Below, piece after piece: positions 62,261 through 64,000 of a DNA stretch of 64,000 bases. The first letter of the stretch is position 1; each line of letters begins with the position of its first letter. Source of the DNA: an uncultured Acidobacteriota bacterium (GTDB lineage Bacteria > Acidobacteriota > Thermoanaerobaculia > Gp7-AA8); assembly GCA_963822445.1 (NCBI GenBank), contig CAWGHO010000001.1:768001-832000 (forward strand), given 5' to 3'. The notes under the pieces are model-generated. The model did no database searches. It was not told the origin of the DNA and was given only the letters and a program-made list of their open reading frames with translations. A program made the translations under genes and the position numbers.

Positions 62261-63283
62261 TCAGCCGTTACCGAAATACGACCGGTACCACTCGTAAAAA
62301 CGGGCCACCCCTTCCTCGATCGAGGTCAGGGGCGTGAACCCGAAGTCACGCCTGAGGTCGTCGATGTCGGCGTACGTCGCGGGAACGTCGCCGGGCTGGA
62401 TAGGCAGCATGTTGAGCACGGCCTTTTTCCCGATGGCCGATTCGATGACCTCGATGAAACGGCCCAGCTCGACCGGCTGATGGTTGCCGATGTTGTAGAG
62501 CCGGTAGGGCGCGCGCGACGTTCCGGGATCGGGATGGTCGCCGCTCCACTGCTCATTCGGAGTAGCGGGGCGATCGATCACCCGGACGACCCCTTCCACG
62601 ATGTCGTCGATGTATGTGAAGTCCCGCTGCATGCGGCCGTGATTGAACACGTCGATCGGCCGGCCCTCGACGATGGCGCGCGTGAAAAGGAACAGGGCCA
62701 TGTCCGGCCGGCCCCATGGACCGTAGACCGTAAAGAAGCGCAGGCCTGTCGTCGGGATCCCGTAGAGATGACTGTAGGTGTGCGCCATCAGCTCGTTGGC
62801 CTTCTTCGTCGCGGCATACAGGCTGATGGGGTGATCGACGTTGTGATGCACCGAGTACGGCATGGCCGTGTTCGCGCCGTAGACGGAGCTCGACGAGGCG
62901 AAAACCAGATGACGCACGGGGTTGTTGCGACAGCCCTCGAGGACGTTCAGGAAGCCGGCGAGGTTGCTGCTGAGATACGCGCCGGGGTTCTTCAGCGAGT
63001 AACGGACGCCGGCCTGCGCCGCGAGATTGACCACCGCGTCCGCCCGCGCTTCGCCGAACAATGCGGCCATCGCCGCGGCATCGGACAGGTCGGCCCGGTG
63101 GCACTCGAAGCCTGGATGCGGCGTCAACAAAGCGAGGCGGTCTTCCTTCAGCCGCACGTCGTAGTAGGCGTTCAGATTGTCGACGCCGATGACCGTATCG
63201 CCGCGCTCGAGTAATCGCCTGCTGAGATGAAAACCGATGAAACCGGCCGCGCCGGTGACGATCACACGCACGCCGCGCATCAT
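62261..63283 (-). CDS. NAD-dependent epimerase (UDP-glucuronate 4-epimerase-like)
   Basis: TGAAGFIG, NLAAQAGVRYS, ASSSSVYG, YAATKKANE, RFFTVYGPWGRPDMA, QPGDV. Confidence 0.92.
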   Translation of the reverse strand: MMRGVRVIVTGAAGFIGFHLSRRLLERGDTVIGVDNLNAYYDVRLKEDRLALLTPHPGFECHRADLSDAAAMAALFGEARADAVVNLAAQAGVRYSLKNPGAYLSSNLAGFLNVLEGCRNNPVRHLVFASSSSVYGANTAMPYSVHHNVDHPISLYAATKKANELMAHTYSHLYGIPTTGLRFFTVYGPWGRPDMALFLFTRAIVEGRPIDVFNHGRMQRDFTYIDDIVEGVVRVIDRPATPNEQWSGDHPDPGTSRAPYRLYNIGNHQPVELGRFIEVIESAIGKKAVLNMLPIQPGDVPATYADIDDLRRDFGFTPLTSIEEGVARFYEWYRSYFGNG

Positions 63284-63330
63284 ATCCGCCGCGCTATACT
63301 TCCCCGCCTGCTCGCGGGCGTTACCTCCTC

Positions 63331-63966
63331 ATGCCACGGCTCTACAACCCCTTCGGAAAACGGCTGTTCGATCTGATCGCGGGCTTGGCCCTTCTGGCCG
63401 CCGCTTCCCCCGTTCTGCTGGTGGTCGCTCTGTTGACGCGGATGCGCATCGGCACTCCGGTTCTCTTCCGTCAGCAAAGGCCTGGATTGAAGGGCGAGCC
63501 GTTCACGCTGGTGAAGTTCCGAACGATGCGGACGGCCACCGACCAGCAGGGAAAGGACCTGCCGGACGAGGCGCGTTTGACGCCATTCGGCGACTTCCTC
63601 CGGCGGCGCAGTCTCGACGAACTTCCCGCGCTTCTCAATGTCGTGGCCGGAGACATGAGCCTCGTCGGCCCTCGCCCGCTGTTGATGCAGTACCTCGACC
63701 GCTACACGCCTGAACAGCGCCGGCGGCACGACGTGAGGCCGGGGCTGACCGGCTGGACCCAGGTCAATGGCCGCAATGCCCTGTCGTGGGAAGAAAAGTT
63801 CGCGCTCGACACGTGGTATGTCGACAACATCTCCTTCGCTCTCGATCTGAAGATTTTGGCGATGACTGCCCGCCAAATACTGGTACCTTCCGGCATCTCG
63901 CATCCGGAGCACGCCACGATGCCCGAATTCCGTGGCACGGCCGGACCCGAACAGAATCGCGGATGA
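63331..63966 (+). CDS. undecaprenyl-phosphate sugar phosphotransferase (PglC/EpsL-like)
   Basis: KRLFD, QRPG, KFRTM, SLDELP, MSLVGPRP, RPGLTGWTQVNGRN, DTWYV. Confidence 0.93.
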   Translation: MPRLYNPFGKRLFDLIAGLALLAAASPVLLVVALLTRMRIGTPVLFRQQRPGLKGEPFTLVKFRTMRTATDQQGKDLPDEARLTPFGDFLRRRSLDELPALLNVVAGDMSLVGPRPLLMQYLDRYTPEQRRRHDVRPGLTGWTQVNGRNALSWEEKFALDTWYVDNISFALDLKILAMTARQILVPSGISHPEHATMPEFRGTAGPEQNRG

Positions 63967-64000
63967 GGTTTCAGGACGCCACCGTCATCGTCACAGGCGC
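63963..64000 (+). CDS. 5' fragment of a Rossmann-fold (SDR/epimerase) protein
   Basis: MRFQDATVIVTG(A); ATGA overlap with the upstream gene; runs off the window end. Confidence 0.6.
   Translation, partial: MRFQDATVIVTG

Overview
GC-rich bacterial chromosomal window, almost fully coding. Gene content suggests Acidobacteriota or a similar lineage (inference only). Left to right: (1) the frameshifted 3' end of a UvrD/AddA-type helicase-nuclease and housekeeping genes (MarC, lipid kinase, arsC, pdxH, NUDIX); (2) a ~15 kb minus-strand respiratory cluster: Rieske protein, split b6-type cytochrome b, a 1111-aa octaheme cytochrome c, a cupredoxin-like lipoprotein, an A1-type heme-copper oxidase and its assembly factors; (3) a ~20 kb chemosensory cluster with no chemoreceptor (cheA/W/R/B, two cheY, HEAT, GAF, ExeA-like ATPase, pilT), interrupted by a DyP peroxidase plus unknown-partner cassette and a Tim44/TPM cassette; (4) nusB, ribH, amidase, gatCA, a MEDS histidine kinase, an HD-GYP protein, a hidden CxxU Rdx/SelW-like selenoprotein, PP2C, DnaJ-TPR and rodZ-like genes; (5) the start of a surface-glycan locus. 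Non-coding highlights: four intergenic hairpins each built from a different 7-8 nt tandem repeat, two REP-like inverted repeats, and many -10 boxes 6-8 nt before start codons (leaderless-type). Several single-base indels look like sequencing errors. No rRNA, tRNA, CRISPR array or transposase was recognised.
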